From Candidatus Micrarchaeota archaeon (GTDB lineage: Archaea; Micrarchaeota; Micrarchaeia; Anstonellales; Bilamarchaeaceae), in NCBI GenBank assembly GCA_014727925.1, contig WJMN01000054.1, forward strand, positions 1-56,588: a stretch of DNA of 56,588 bases. Direction: 5' to 3'. Under the pieces are notes generated by a model. That model was not told the origin of the DNA. It worked only from the letters and a program-made list of their open reading frames with translations, and made no database searches. Positions 25,472-35,647 of the stretch are shown here, piece after piece. Each line of letters begins with the position of its first letter. Position 1 is the stretch's first letter. The translations under genes and the position numbers were made by a program.

Positions 25472-26767
25472 ATGAAGGTTTTGCTTGTAGGTTCAGGAGC
25501 AAGGGAGCACATAATTGCGGAGCAGCTTTCCAAGAGCTCAGAGCTGTATTCCATAATGCCCAAAAAGCACCCGGGCATCGCTTCCCTTTCTGAGGAGACA
25601 CTTGTCCATGACCCCACAGATTCTGCGGTGGTCGGCCAGTGGGCAAAGGAGAAGGGAGTGGCCCTTGTGTTTGTGAGCCCGGACGGGCTTCTGGAGAAAG
25701 GGGTTACTGACACATTTTCAGATTTGGGGATACCTGTTGCTTCCCCGAGCAAGAGCGCAGCAAGGATAGAGTGGGACAAGAGCTATGCTAGGAACCTTAT
25801 GAAGGCAAAGGAAATTCCCGGATGCCCAAGGCTGAAAGTGGTTTCTTCCCTTGAAGAGGCCAGGGAGTTCGTTTCAGAGTTGGGAGAAGTCGCAGTAAAG
25901 CCCATTGGACTGACAGGGGGAAAAGGGGTAAAAATTTCCGGAGAGCACCTAAATTCAGAAGAGGAAATTCTCGGATACTGCTCAAAGCTTATAGAACAAG
26001 ACGGCTCTGTGTTGATTGAGGAGCGCCTGGAAGGTGAGGAATTCACCCTGCAGGCTTTCTGCGACGGAAACGGCCTTGCCCTGATGCCCCCTGTGCAGGA
26101 CCACAAGAGGGCATTTGAAGGAGATGAAGGCCCCAACACCGGGGGGATGGGAAGCTATTCAACCGGAAAGCTTCTCCCGTTCATGGAGCAGAAGGACCTT
26201 GATGATGCAAAGGGGATAATGCAGCGCACCCTCATGGAGATGAAGAATGAGGGAAACCCCTTCACCGGAATCCTTTATGGGCAGTTCATGCTCACCCGGG
26301 ACGGTGTAAAGGTCATAGAGTTCAATGCCCGCTTCGGGGACCCCGAGGCAATGAACGTCCTCATCCTTCTTGGCACAGAGCTTTCGGAAGTTTTTCTTTC
26401 CATGGCCAACGGCAAGCTCTGCCCGGTGAGCTTCAGCAATGAGTGCACTGTTGTGAAGTATCTGGTTCCCGAAGGATACCCTTTAGAAGGCAAAGCAGAC
26501 CAGCCAGTCACTGTTGATGAGGAGGGGCTTTGGAACAAAGGGGTTAAGCTTTATCTTGGTTCAGTATATGAAAAGGAAGGAGTCACATATACAACAACTT
26601 CCCGCACTGCAGCCCTGGTTTCCAAGGCAGAAACCCGCCAGGAAGCAGAAAATGCCGTAGAGTCTGCAATCTCCCTGGTCAGCGGCCCGCTCTGGCACCG
26701 CAAGGACATCGGAACAGATGAATTGATAAGCCGCCGCATGGAGCATGCGAGGAGACTCAAGCAATGA
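25472..26767 (+). CDS. purD: Phosphoribosylamine-glycine ligase
   Basis: VGSGAREH, ARIEWDK, VKPIGLTGGKGV, QDHKRAFEGDEGPNTGGMG, EFNARFGDPE; AGGTGA SD before ATG 25472. Confidence 0.96.
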   Translation: MKVLLVGSGAREHIIAEQLSKSSELYSIMPKKHPGIASLSEETLVHDPTDSAVVGQWAKEKGVALVFVSPDGLLEKGVTDTFSDLGIPVASPSKSAARIEWDKSYARNLMKAKEIPGCPRLKVVSSLEEAREFVSELGEVAVKPIGLTGGKGVKISGEHLNSEEEILGYCSKLIEQDGSVLIEERLEGEEFTLQAFCDGNGLALMPPVQDHKRAFEGDEGPNTGGMGSYSTGKLLPFMEQKDLDDAKGIMQRTLMEMKNEGNPFTGILYGQFMLTRDGVKVIEFNARFGDPEAMNVLILLGTELSEVFLSMANGKLCPVSFSNECTVVKYLVPEGYPLEGKADQPVTVDEEGLWNKGVKLYLGSVYEKEGVTYTTTSRTAALVSKAETRQEAENAVESAISLVSGPLWHRKDIGTDELISRRMEHARRLKQ

Positions 26768-27990
26768 AATGCCTCTTGCTTTTCTTCCTTTTGCTCTCTC
26801 CCCTTTTCTCATTTCCTGCAGGGGAGGCCCTCGTCTATGTCCAGAAGAACTGGACAATAACTTCAGAAGACACTGCCAGGGACCTCTTCCTAAACGGCTC
26901 ATTCCTGCTTGAAAACACATACCAGGAAATTATCTGGATGGAAACTGCAGGGGGCGCTGAGCTGGTAAGCTCCAATGGTTCTGTCCGGCTTTTTTATTCA
27001 GAAGAGGAGTTTTCCGGGAAAAAAACAGTCTCAGCATCTGCACTTGTAAAGTCCATTTACCCCATCACAACCCCGTCCAGTCCCCCTCTCAACCCCTCTC
27101 CTGCACCTGCCCACGGCCTAATTGCATATGATTCCCAGATGCAGGAGTTTGCCCATTCCTTTACCGAAGAAATGGAAACAGAGCTGGAGGCCGCTTCCTC
27201 CCTTGCGGACTGGACATATGAATATGTGAATTACAATCACAGCCACTGGGGAAGCCCTTCCCCTGCAAAAGAGGTTTTCCACAATCCTGAGGCGATGTGT
27301 GTAGGGTACACCCACCTATATATCTCCCTGCTCCGCTCCCTGGGATTTGAAACACGGTTTGTTTCAGGCTATGCATATTCAGAGAAGTGGCAGCCCCACA
27401 CATGGGCAGAGGCAAGGATAGGCAACAGGTGGATTCCATTTGACCCCACATTCCGCGAATCCCTTTCCCTAGATGCAAGGCACATCGCAACCCGCTACAC
27501 AGATGACCAGGAAGGGAGCATGGAAACTCTTAGCGCCCGTGGGGCAAAGATTAATTTTTCCAGTTCTACACGGCTCACAACTTCCGAAGAGCTTTCTTTT
27601 TCTGAAACCCTGTTTATCCATTCTGTTTTCTCCAACGATTCCCTTAGAATAACAGTGTATAATCCTACAGATGCCTACTCAACCCCAACATACTCCTTCA
27701 CGATGCCCGGAGAGCTCATCCAGCAGGACACTCGCATATTGTTCATTCCCCCCAAGAGTTCGGTAAACCTAGAATACAATGTAGACACGTCTGCTCTCCA
27801 GCCCGGTTATACCCATTCTATTCCCTACGAGGTAACTGTCCAGGGAACACACCTTTCTGAACAACGCTCGGTTGTTGTTCCTGATGAAGAAAAAACAGCG
27901 GAAGCACCAATCCCCGTTTCCCTTGACCAGGGCTCCTGCTTCATTGCCTTTGCCCTTCTTCTACCTTTTCTGTTCTCAAAAAGAAAATAG
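26764..27990 (+). CDS. Secreted transglutaminase-like (Cys-His-Asp) protein with C-terminal anchor
   Basis: Signal peptide; MCVGYT (Cys), HTWAE (His), FDPT (Asp); C-terminal CFIAFALLLPFLFSKRK. Confidence 0.85.
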   Translation: MKCLLLFFLLLSPLFSFPAGEALVYVQKNWTITSEDTARDLFLNGSFLLENTYQEIIWMETAGGAELVSSNGSVRLFYSEEEFSGKKTVSASALVKSIYPITTPSSPPLNPSPAPAHGLIAYDSQMQEFAHSFTEEMETELEAASSLADWTYEYVNYNHSHWGSPSPAKEVFHNPEAMCVGYTHLYISLLRSLGFETRFVSGYAYSEKWQPHTWAEARIGNRWIPFDPTFRESLSLDARHIATRYTDDQEGSMETLSARGAKINFSSSTRLTTSEELSFSETLFIHSVFSNDSLRITVYNPTDAYSTPTYSFTMPGELIQQDTRILFIPPKSSVNLEYNVDTSALQPGYTHSIPYEVTVQGTHLSEQRSVVVPDEEKTAEAPIPVSLDQGSCFIAFALLLPFLFSKRK

Positions 27991-27991
27991 C

Positions 27992-28741
27992 CTATACGCT
28001 CTCTATCCTTGGCGCAAGGTAATACCTGGCAGTTGCCCCCACTATACTGTATTCGATCTTCAGGGGCCGGTCATTCTCAAGGTAAATGCTGATGTCTGTG
28101 TCTGCCTTGCTCCCCTTTATGATGTCTTCAAGGTAGCTCAATGGGTATGTGGCCTTCGCTTCTTTTTCAACTTCCAGCTCTTTCAGGCTTTCTCCTGCCT
28201 TTTCAAATTCTTCTCTTATCTCTCCCTCATCCCCCTTTATTTCAACCTTGAATTTTTCCGGCGATGCAACCAGGCCTATGTGGCTGCTTATCAGCTTTGC
28301 GTCCCGTATCACATCCCGCAGGGAGTCTGCCCGCATCTTTATCTTGTTTCTGTATTCAATTTTTGGCTCCCTTTCAAGGCCTTCACCAAGGTCTAGGAGC
28401 GGCAGCCTGAATACTCTTTTTCTTTTTTCCCCTTTGAATGTAACCTGGAGCTTCCCCTCATCCACTGCAAGCTCAACGCTTTCCCCTGAGTTTCCCCTTG
28501 CCAGCACCTTAGATAGTTTGCTAATGTCCAGCCCTACTCTTTTGTTTTCTCCTGCCTCATATTCGCTGAACATCTCCTTTGGCATCCTGAAGCATACCAT
28601 CGATATCTGTGAGGGGTCCATTGCCTTAAGGCCAATACCCTCCTCATTTACTTCAAAAACTCCTTCTTCTACGAGACTGACTACTGTTTCTATGGCGTCC
28701 TTTAGTGCTGGAGCTTCCTCCATGGTTATCTTCATCTCCAC
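27992..28741 (-). CDS. pcn: PCNA sliding clamp
   Basis: AMDPSQISMV, YPLSYL.DIIK, PLKIEY, YYLAPRIE; 249 aa. Confidence 0.95.
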   Translation of the reverse strand: MEMKITMEEAPALKDAIETVVSLVEEGVFEVNEEGIGLKAMDPSQISMVCFRMPKEMFSEYEAGENKRVGLDISKLSKVLARGNSGESVELAVDEGKLQVTFKGEKRKRVFRLPLLDLGEGLEREPKIEYRNKIKMRADSLRDVIRDAKLISSHIGLVASPEKFKVEIKGDEGEIREEFEKAGESLKELEVEKEAKATYPLSYLEDIIKGSKADTDISIYLENDRPLKIEYSIVGATARYYLAPRIESV

Positions 28742-28860
28742 ACCTCAACCCTTTATTCTCACCAATAATTTATAAAGCACACCTTGCATATTTACTCCTG
28801 TGGTTTATTCACAATTTTTACAATAGGTTTATAAACATAATCTGACACATATACTAAACC

Positions 28861-31800
28861 ATGTCTAATCCAACTAAAAATACCTATCCGTCTGAATCCC
28901 GCAAATTTGAAGAGGATTATAGTTCTGTTAATAAGGCATGGTCCTCAGGCCAAACCGTACCGAAAGAAGTTGAAAGGCGGCTGCGTAAATCAGTTCTCTC
29001 TGTTGATTCTGCAGAAGAAAGCATTGAAAAGATTGCTTCCATCCCCCCAGTAAAAGCAGCAGCAGCAAGGAATCCTGCCGCGAGGCAGCAGCATCGGATA
29101 CTTGACCCTGCCCAGGAGTTTGCTGCAAACAAAGCAAAGGAAATGCTCAAGTACCTCTCTGTTCCCAACCAGCCAAGGAGGACAGTTAAGAGGACTGCCC
29201 TCAAGAAACTCTCATTTTTTGAAGCCCTCATCGGGTTTTTCCCTGACAAGGAAGCAAACAAAGCAATTTCTGCGGCATACCGTGCAATCAATCTTCAGAC
29301 CAGCATGCCCTCCCGCCCAAACAAGCGGGCGAAGAAGATAGTTTCCCTCCTCAGAGAGGCGGAAATCCCCGAAGTCCTCCAGACAATCCGTCCCTCCCCC
29401 TCCCTGCTTTCCGGAAGAAAGGCATTTGAAAGAAGTGCAGGGATATTGATGGCAGCATCCGGGGATCAGGCAGAGTGGGCAGTTTCTTATCTTGATTCTT
29501 GCCTTGACCTCCTCTCTGATTATGACAAGGCAAAGGCAGCAGCGGCCTTGCTTGGGGCAACCTACACAAGCAATAAGATACCTGGAGGCATCCCCAAATC
29601 CACTGCTTCTCTTGTATGGGAAAAGGTAGGCAAGTTTGTTTCCGGGAGTTCCCATGCATTCCAGGCCGAAGTCCGCGAGCAGGCCAGGAAGGTTTCTTCT
29701 TCCAAAGGCCCCGGAAAGATAAAATACCTCTATAAAGAATTTTCAGAATACCTCCAGAGTGCGCCCTCCCCCCCCAAAGCGGAGAAGGCCCCCCCAGAAA
29801 AAGAGCAACTTACTCCTGAAAAAACACCCATTGACATCACCACAGTTTTGCAGGGCCTTAAAAGCAAGGCAGAGTTTGATGCCAGCTCCTTAGACCTTTC
29901 CCCCATAGATTCATGGCCTGTGCACAAACTTGTGGATTCAGCACTCCAGCTTGCAGAGGCAGATGTTTCCCCAACCAACCTAGCTGCCCGCAACATCCTC
30001 TGCTGCAAAGTTATCCGCCCGCTTGCAGAAGACCATCTTGTAAGGGAGAAGGACGGAAAAAAGATACTTCTTGTTCCTGAACCCGGTGAGGGTTCCCAGG
30101 TAAAACTCCTAGAATTGCTTGTAAATGTTTCACAAAAACCCGAAGTAGAAGAGGAGATCCAGGCATACCTTGCCAGCCCAGGAGAAAAAGACGAAGCCCG
30201 TTCAAGGCTGAGCCGGCTTTACCCGGAAGACGAAGCTCCGGAAACACAAGATGCAACCAGAGAAAGCGGCGTGGTTGAAGAGCCAACTGAAAAAATAAGG
30301 ACAGGCCCGCAAGAAACTGAAGAAGAGGAGCCGGGCTCCGAGAAGGAACCTGGGGAAGAAGAGGCCGAAAAAAACTTTTTCCATAACATCCCCCAGGCAC
30401 CCGGTTCCAACCCAGAAGAAGAAAAAGGAATTCAGGAAGAGGCCCCGGAAGAACCAGAACCCCTGCCTGAGCCAGAAGAAGAAAAGCAGGGGGAGCCAGC
30501 CGGGCTGCCTCCCCATTTCAATTCTATAACACCTGCACTTTCAGTTCTTGCCAATCCCGATTCTGCCTTTGAAGACAGGGAGGATGCCTACCAGGAAATT
30601 CTCCATTCCTTTGCAGGCAAACCCAGAAAGTATGAGGAGCTGGTTATGGGTCTCTCAGACATTGCACTAAACGGAGAAAAGGAATCTGCATCCATAGCCG
30701 CAGGTGCCCTGCTTACGCTTGGTTTCCAGGGAGCGTATATCCCCTCTCACCTGATAACCTCAAACCTTGCTGCAGTCAGCCCAGAAATTTCAAATCCCCT
30801 GTTGTACCAGCACACTGTTTTAGGAACTGTAAACAGAATTCTTTCTGTGGCCGAAGTCCTTGCCCACAGAAGGGAGATATCCGGCCAGGGAAGGGATGAG
30901 CGCGGAAGGGTAAAGCCGCGCAGGGAGCGCGCCCTAGAAGAGGTATTCGCTTCGTTTTCAGAAAAGGAGGCTTCAAGGATGTTTCTCCATTTTGCACCCC
31001 ACGACTATGAGTATACTCAGTCCCTGCTTCTCCAATATCTTGAGAAAACCGACCCCGAAGGCCGCGAGTCCCTCAACACACTTTTGAATAAACAGGCCAG
31101 CTCAAGCTCCCTTTCCCTAAAGCTTGCAAAAGTCCACCTGGATAACCTGGGGGGGCTTCCTGAGTCTTCCCGCTCAATAGCACTTGCCGCCCTAAAGACC
31201 ATAGAGCAAGATGACCTTGAATTCTGCATAAATAATTTCCAGGGTTCTGCTTCAGCTGAAGATTTGGCAATATGGCAAACAGTGCTCGCCAATTTCCCTG
31301 GAAAGAAAGCAGATTCGCTTCTAAGGGAGAGTTTCTCTGAGTTTTCCCAGGAAATCCAGGTTTATGCACTGGAAGTTCTTTCAAAAAGAAAACCCTCAAT
31401 TGAAAATATAGCATTCATACTTGAAAAGGCGGGCTCGGCTGAGCTTGGCCCCCATGCAACAAATGCCCTTGTTTCCATGGAGTTCAGCGGTTCTCACCCT
31501 GATGCCGAGTTTCTTCTGCTATACGAGATGCGCACCGGCCAGAATGAAAAGCTCCGTGAGTTTGCAGGTGAGGTTCTTCCGGCTCTTCTTGAAGAAGGCA
31601 AAGGAATCCTTTCCAAGGACTCTGCCATAAAGCTTTATTCCCTGTTTGAAATAGAACAGAACAACATTATTTCCCATGCCGCCCGCAATATCCTTTTTGC
31701 TGATTCCGAAGACCTGCTTGCAGGCATGGGCGCAAAAAAAACAAAATCGCTTGTTTCCGCATTTGCTTCTTCTGATGAAACAGTAAGAGTGCTTTCCCAG

Positions 31801-33732
31801 TTTGCCCTTGCAAGGAGGATGCAGCGCTCAGGGGAAGAAGAATTCACCGAAATTTCCAATGAGATAGGAAAACAGTCCCTAGACTGGTCCGGAAAAACGG
31901 CCACAAGAGCAAGAAAAGCATCGCTTTTCTCTGCCTTTATTGCAGGAACAGAAGACACAATCACCAGGCTGCTTGTGCCTGCCCTTGGCCATAAGACAGA
32001 GGAGATATCTTCCTATGCATGCACCCTGCTTTCTAGGATGGGAGAAAAAGGCCTGGTTGCGGCAGAGGAAGCTGCAAAAGGACAGAACCTGCTTGGGGAT
32101 TTCACACCGGCACAGAAAAGGCGCTTTGGCCTGAGGGCACTTGAGGTGCTAGCTGATGCAGGGGCATACCGCAGGATGGTTTCCCTTCTTTCCCACGGTT
32201 CCGAAACCCTGCGGGAAGATACCTACAATGTTTTGGATTCCCTTCCCCACAGCCCTGAAAAGAAACAGACTCTTCTTGAAGCCCTCTCAAGCAGGAATGA
32301 GAAGATAGTGCTCGCTACACTCGAACTCCTTCATGATGAGCGCATACCCAGAGAACTGCTCTCCAAGCTGGCAGCATCCGGTTCCGACATGGTTTCTTCA
32401 AAGGCAGCAGGGCTTCTTGCTTCAGATATGGTTGCAGAAGAGCTGGCCGAATTCCTCTCTTCAGATTCCAACAATGAATCTTCTAAACAAAATGTTGCTG
32501 ATGCAGCCCTAAGGAAAAACCCCTCACTGCCCAGGTCATTGGCCAGGCAGGGCACTACAAGCATAAACGCCCTTGGGTATTTCCCTACAAACAAATCACT
32601 GCAGGAACTCTATAATCTGCAAAATGAAACAATTGGCTCTTCAGAGGAAATTGATGCGGCTGTTTCAAGAATCTGCAATCTGGTTGCAGAAAGATGCATA
32701 GAAGGCAGAGAAGACAAGGCAGAGCTGATGCTCCATGCATACCACCTTTTCAACAATCCCGGGACCAGGGAAACATGCGAGTCTGCTGCAAAAGGGCCGG
32801 TTGCAGACAACCTGCGCCAGGCAGCTCTCCACAGTCGTAGCCCCTACCTTCTCTTTTCTGCAACAGAGCTTTTCCTGGCAACCTCAAATGGTGGATATGC
32901 AGCGGATACTGCAATTGCGCTCAGGAAACTTGAAGACAAGCCACCCCTCCCGCTGGAACTCCCCCACCAGACTATACTTTTTGGGGAAAACGGAAAGATG
33001 GGGTCCCTCCCCTCTCCCATTGAAGAACCCGGTGCAGAGGAAGCACCCTATCAATTAGTGAAGGAAGTCGCTTTCCGCGAGCTTAGTAGTAGTGGGGGAA
33101 ACAGCAATGCAGCAAGCCTGCTTTTTGATTTCCTTTCCCATTTTGATGACAGCGCAGGGATGTTCAGCAGGAATTTACGAGCATCATATGAAATGCTATG
33201 GATGCACAGGGCCCACCCCAATGCAGAAAAGCTTGCCAGCAAACTGTATATTCAGGCTGACGATGATTTCCAAGACCAGGTTTCTCTGCTTAGCCGCATA
33301 GTGCTGGAAAATGATTTTTCCCTCCTTAATAAAACCCTTTCATATGAAGAATTGCCCCTGCTTGTTGCAGAGCACGCTTTCAGGAATGCAGCTGAAGCCA
33401 TTTCAGATATTGACTCTGCAAGTGAAGCAGAGTCAGCAGAAAAGCTTGGCCTTCTTGCTCGTATCCTTGCCCAGGATCAGGAGTCATCTAAAACATCTGA
33501 GATTGTTTCACATCTAAAATCTGTTGCAGAACCGATTACCGGCCCTCTCCCCGATAAGGGCCTTTCCCGCGGACTTAAGCTTCTGCAGAATCTCCGGGCC
33601 AGGGTTTCCCCTGTTTCAGAAGAGGTTTGTCCGAAGGAAGCCCGCAAAGATGCAGGAAAGCTTGCCAGAAGCCACCCAAGAGGCCGGTTACCCCACATGG
33701 CACCCCCTCCCAAGCACAGGAACAAGCAATAG
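28861..33732 (+). CDS. Giant 1623-aa cytoplasmic protein with HEAT/ARM-like repeats and an acidic Pro/Glu linker
   Basis: Long ORF with TTTATAAA promoter at ~28828; repeated L..AL.S.(D/N)E.VR..A...L units; no signal peptide or TM. Confidence 0.75.
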   Translation: MSNPTKNTYPSESRKFEEDYSSVNKAWSSGQTVPKEVERRLRKSVLSVDSAEESIEKIASIPPVKAAAARNPAARQQHRILDPAQEFAANKAKEMLKYLSVPNQPRRTVKRTALKKLSFFEALIGFFPDKEANKAISAAYRAINLQTSMPSRPNKRAKKIVSLLREAEIPEVLQTIRPSPSLLSGRKAFERSAGILMAASGDQAEWAVSYLDSCLDLLSDYDKAKAAAALLGATYTSNKIPGGIPKSTASLVWEKVGKFVSGSSHAFQAEVREQARKVSSSKGPGKIKYLYKEFSEYLQSAPSPPKAEKAPPEKEQLTPEKTPIDITTVLQGLKSKAEFDASSLDLSPIDSWPVHKLVDSALQLAEADVSPTNLAARNILCCKVIRPLAEDHLVREKDGKKILLVPEPGEGSQVKLLELLVNVSQKPEVEEEIQAYLASPGEKDEARSRLSRLYPEDEAPETQDATRESGVVEEPTEKIRTGPQETEEEEPGSEKEPGEEEAEKNFFHNIPQAPGSNPEEEKGIQEEAPEEPEPLPEPEEEKQGEPAGLPPHFNSITPALSVLANPDSAFEDREDAYQEILHSFAGKPRKYEELVMGLSDIALNGEKESASIAAGALLTLGFQGAYIPSHLITSNLAAVSPEISNPLLYQHTVLGTVNRILSVAEVLAHRREISGQGRDERGRVKPRRERALEEVFASFSEKEASRMFLHFAPHDYEYTQSLLLQYLEKTDPEGRESLNTLLNKQASSSSLSLKLAKVHLDNLGGLPESSRSIALAALKTIEQDDLEFCINNFQGSASAEDLAIWQTVLANFPGKKADSLLRESFSEFSQEIQVYALEVLSKRKPSIENIAFILEKAGSAELGPHATNALVSMEFSGSHPDAEFLLLYEMRTGQNEKLREFAGEVLPALLEEGKGILSKDSAIKLYSLFEIEQNNIISHAARNILFADSEDLLAGMGAKKTKSLVSAFASSDETVRVLSQFALARRMQRSGEEEFTEISNEIGKQSLDWSGKTATRARKASLFSAFIAGTEDTITRLLVPALGHKTEEISSYACTLLSRMGEKGLVAAEEAAKGQNLLGDFTPAQKRRFGLRALEVLADAGAYRRMVSLLSHGSETLREDTYNVLDSLPHSPEKKQTLLEALSSRNEKIVLATLELLHDERIPRELLSKLAASGSDMVSSKAAGLLASDMVAEELAEFLSSDSNNESSKQNVADAALRKNPSLPRSLARQGTTSINALGYFPTNKSLQELYNLQNETIGSSEEIDAAVSRICNLVAERCIEGREDKAELMLHAYHLFNNPGTRETCESAAKGPVADNLRQAALHSRSPYLLFSATELFLATSNGGYAADTAIALRKLEDKPPLPLELPHQTILFGENGKMGSLPSPIEEPGAEEAPYQLVKEVAFRELSSSGGNSNAASLLFDFLSHFDDSAGMFSRNLRASYEMLWMHRAHPNAEKLASKLYIQADDDFQDQVSLLSRIVLENDFSLLNKTLSYEELPLLVAEHAFRNAAEAISDIDSASEAESAEKLGLLARILAQDQESSKTSEIVSHLKSVAEPITGPLPDKGLSRGLKLLQNLRARVSPVSEEVCPKEARKDAGKLARSHPRGRLPHMAPPPKHRNKQ

Positions 33733-33906
33733 CCCGCTTTTTATTATTTTAACTCCTCCAGATGTCCCCAGCTCCTCTTTAGAGGGGGTTTATCCAGAAG
33801 CAAAAAGCGCATCATGAGCACGTTTATGAGGAGAAATCGCCAGAATTCCAAGGACCAAAACATAATATGTTCTCCCACCCGTTTTTCCCTCTAGCAGAAA
33901 TATTTG

Positions 33907-33972
33907 CTCCATCAGACGCTGTTGGCATCATCATCGATTTCTCTCAGCGGTTGTACATGTCATCATCTGGAG
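33907..33972 (-). ncRNA. Box C/D guide sRNA (66 nt)
   Basis: Minus strand: CUCCA stem, box C AUGAUGA (33966-33960), 12-nt guide, D' CUGA (33947-33944), C' AUGAUGA (33934-33928), 12-nt guide, D CUGA (33915-33912), UGGAG closing stem. Confidence 0.9.
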
Positions 33973-34005
33973 AATTAATTCCCTCAACCCGGGTATAAAA
34001 GGATG

Positions 34006-34077
34006 TGCCTCAGGGCGGATTTGAACCACCGACACCTCGGTCTTCAGCCGAGTGCTCTCCCCCTGAGCTACTGAGGC
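34006..34077 (-). tRNA. tRNA-Phe (GAA), intronless, CCA not encoded
   Basis: Full cloverleaf: GCCUCAG/CUGAGGC acceptor, GCUC/GAGC D stem, CUCGG-CUGAAGA-CCGAG anticodon arm, GGUUCAAAUCC T arm. Confidence 0.97.
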
Positions 34078-34118
34078 AGAATACACTGTAGACTAGTTTT
34101 CTGTATGGAAATGTTTAT

Positions 34119-34691
34119 TTATTTATTCAATTTTAGAAAGTGTTCGTGGAATGCAGTTGAGCCGGACAGTTCCGGATGAAAGGTTGTTGCAAGATAATTT
34201 CCCTGCTGTACTCCCACCGGCATTCCCAGATGTTCTGCAAGCACCGTTAGCCCACCGGAAACAGACTCAATTACCGGCGCCCTTATGAAAATCCCCTCAA
34301 TTGCCCCAAGAGAAGTTTCCAGAGGTGCACAAAATGATTCTAGCTGCCCCCCATATCCATTCCGCACCAGTCCAATGTCCATCAGCCCAAGCGTTTCCTG
34401 GCCCGCAACCCCTCCGGAAATGTTTTTGGAAAGAAGCACTGCGCCTGCACAGGTCCCCATTATGGCCCCAACTCCTCGTACATCTTCAAAAATTCCATTC
34501 TTCCTCAAGAGCAGGGAAAGAGCGGTACTCTCTCCTCCGGGCAACACTATTCCGTCAAGTTCCCTAACCTCTCCCCTGCGTCTTACTTCCAAAATTTCTC
34601 CTTCAAGCCCCAGTTTCTCCATCGCCTTCTTCAGATATTCGATATGCTCTGATACTGCGCCCTGAAGGGCAAGAACCCCGACCTTCATCAT
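34119..34691 (-). CDS. pdxT: PLP synthase glutaminase subunit
   Basis: [41 protein letters not shown]. Confidence 0.95.
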   Translation of the reverse strand: MMKVGVLALQGAVSEHIEYLKKAMEKLGLEGEILEVRRRGEVRELDGIVLPGGESTALSLLLRKNGIFEDVRGVGAIMGTCAGAVLLSKNISGGVAGQETLGLMDIGLVRNGYGGQLESFCAPLETSLGAIEGIFIRAPVIESVSGGLTVLAEHLGMPVGVQQGNYLATTFHPELSGSTAFHEHFLKLNK

Positions 34692-35563
34692 ACTCCCCTT
34701 TCTGAAAGCCTCTGCCCCTCCGGTATGTCAGAAATCTCAAGGCCCTCCATCGCCCTGCCCAGACCGCTTGATACGCTGGCAAGCTTGCCCGCATCCCTGT
34801 AATTGGCAACTGCTTCAACTATTGCCCCTGCCATTTTTTCAGGGGCAGAGGATTTGAATATCCCTGAACCGACAAACACCCCATCACAGCCCATCTGCAT
34901 GCATAATGAAGCATCTGCAGGTGTGGCAATTCCCCCGGCTGCAAAGTTCACTACCGGCAGCCTCCCTGCGGCCCTGGCCTCAGCCACCAGTTCCTCAGGC
35001 ACTCCGGCCTCTTCTGCATATTCTCTTGTGTCCATCTTCACCAGTTCCTCTATCCCTTTTTTAATTTCACGGATATGCCTCACCGCCTCAACAATGTTAC
35101 CTGTTCCTGCTTCCCCCTTTGTCCTTATCATGGCAGCCCCCTCATTTATTCTCCGGAGGGCCTCCCCCAGATTCCTTGCCCCGCACACAAACGGAATCCT
35201 AAACTCCCTTTTGTCAACATGGAATTCCGGGTCTGCAGGGGTAAGCACTTCGCTTTCATCAATATAATCAACCCCTAGCGCCTCCAGTATCTGGGCTTCG
35301 GCAAAATGCCCTATTCTAACCTTGGCCATGACCGGTATGCTTACTGCATCCATTATTCCCTTTATTGTTTCAGGATCAGACATCCTTGCAACTCCCCCAC
35401 TTGAGCGTATGTCTGCAGGCACCCTCTCAAGTGCCATCACCGCGACCGCCCCCGCCTTTTCAGCAATCCTTGCCTGGTCAGGGCTTACAACATCCATTAT
35501 CACACCGCCCTTGAGCATCCTGGCAAGGCCGCTTTTAAGCTTAAATTCAGGTTCCATGCCCAT
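34688..35563 (-). CDS. pdxS: PLP synthase lyase subunit
   Basis: [53 protein letters not shown]. Confidence 0.97.
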   Translation of the reverse strand: MGMEPEFKLKSGLARMLKGGVIMDVVSPDQARIAEKAGAVAVMALERVPADIRSSGGVARMSDPETIKGIMDAVSIPVMAKVRIGHFAEAQILEALGVDYIDESEVLTPADPEFHVDKREFRIPFVCGARNLGEALRRINEGAAMIRTKGEAGTGNIVEAVRHIREIKKGIEELVKMDTREYAEEAGVPEELVAEARAAGRLPVVNFAAGGIATPADASLCMQMGCDGVFVGSGIFKSSAPEKMAGAIVEAVANYRDAGKLASVSSGLGRAMEGLEISDIPEGQRLSERGV

Positions 35564-35647
35564 ATTTTGCAGCTATCTGTTAAAAAGTTGCCTAACACTC
35601 CGTAATGTTTATTTAGCTATTCATGTTAATATCTTCGGTGGATACTT

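Noticed and set aside
33790-33912. 40-aa minus-strand ORF (MEQIFLLEG...)
   Set aside because: Its start lies within the sRNA D box and terminal stem; no SD and no recognisable motif.
33733-34077. Genomic island integrated at tRNA-Phe
   Set aside because: No duplicate of the tRNA 3' end and no recombinase in the window; the downstream space is explained by the C/D sRNA.
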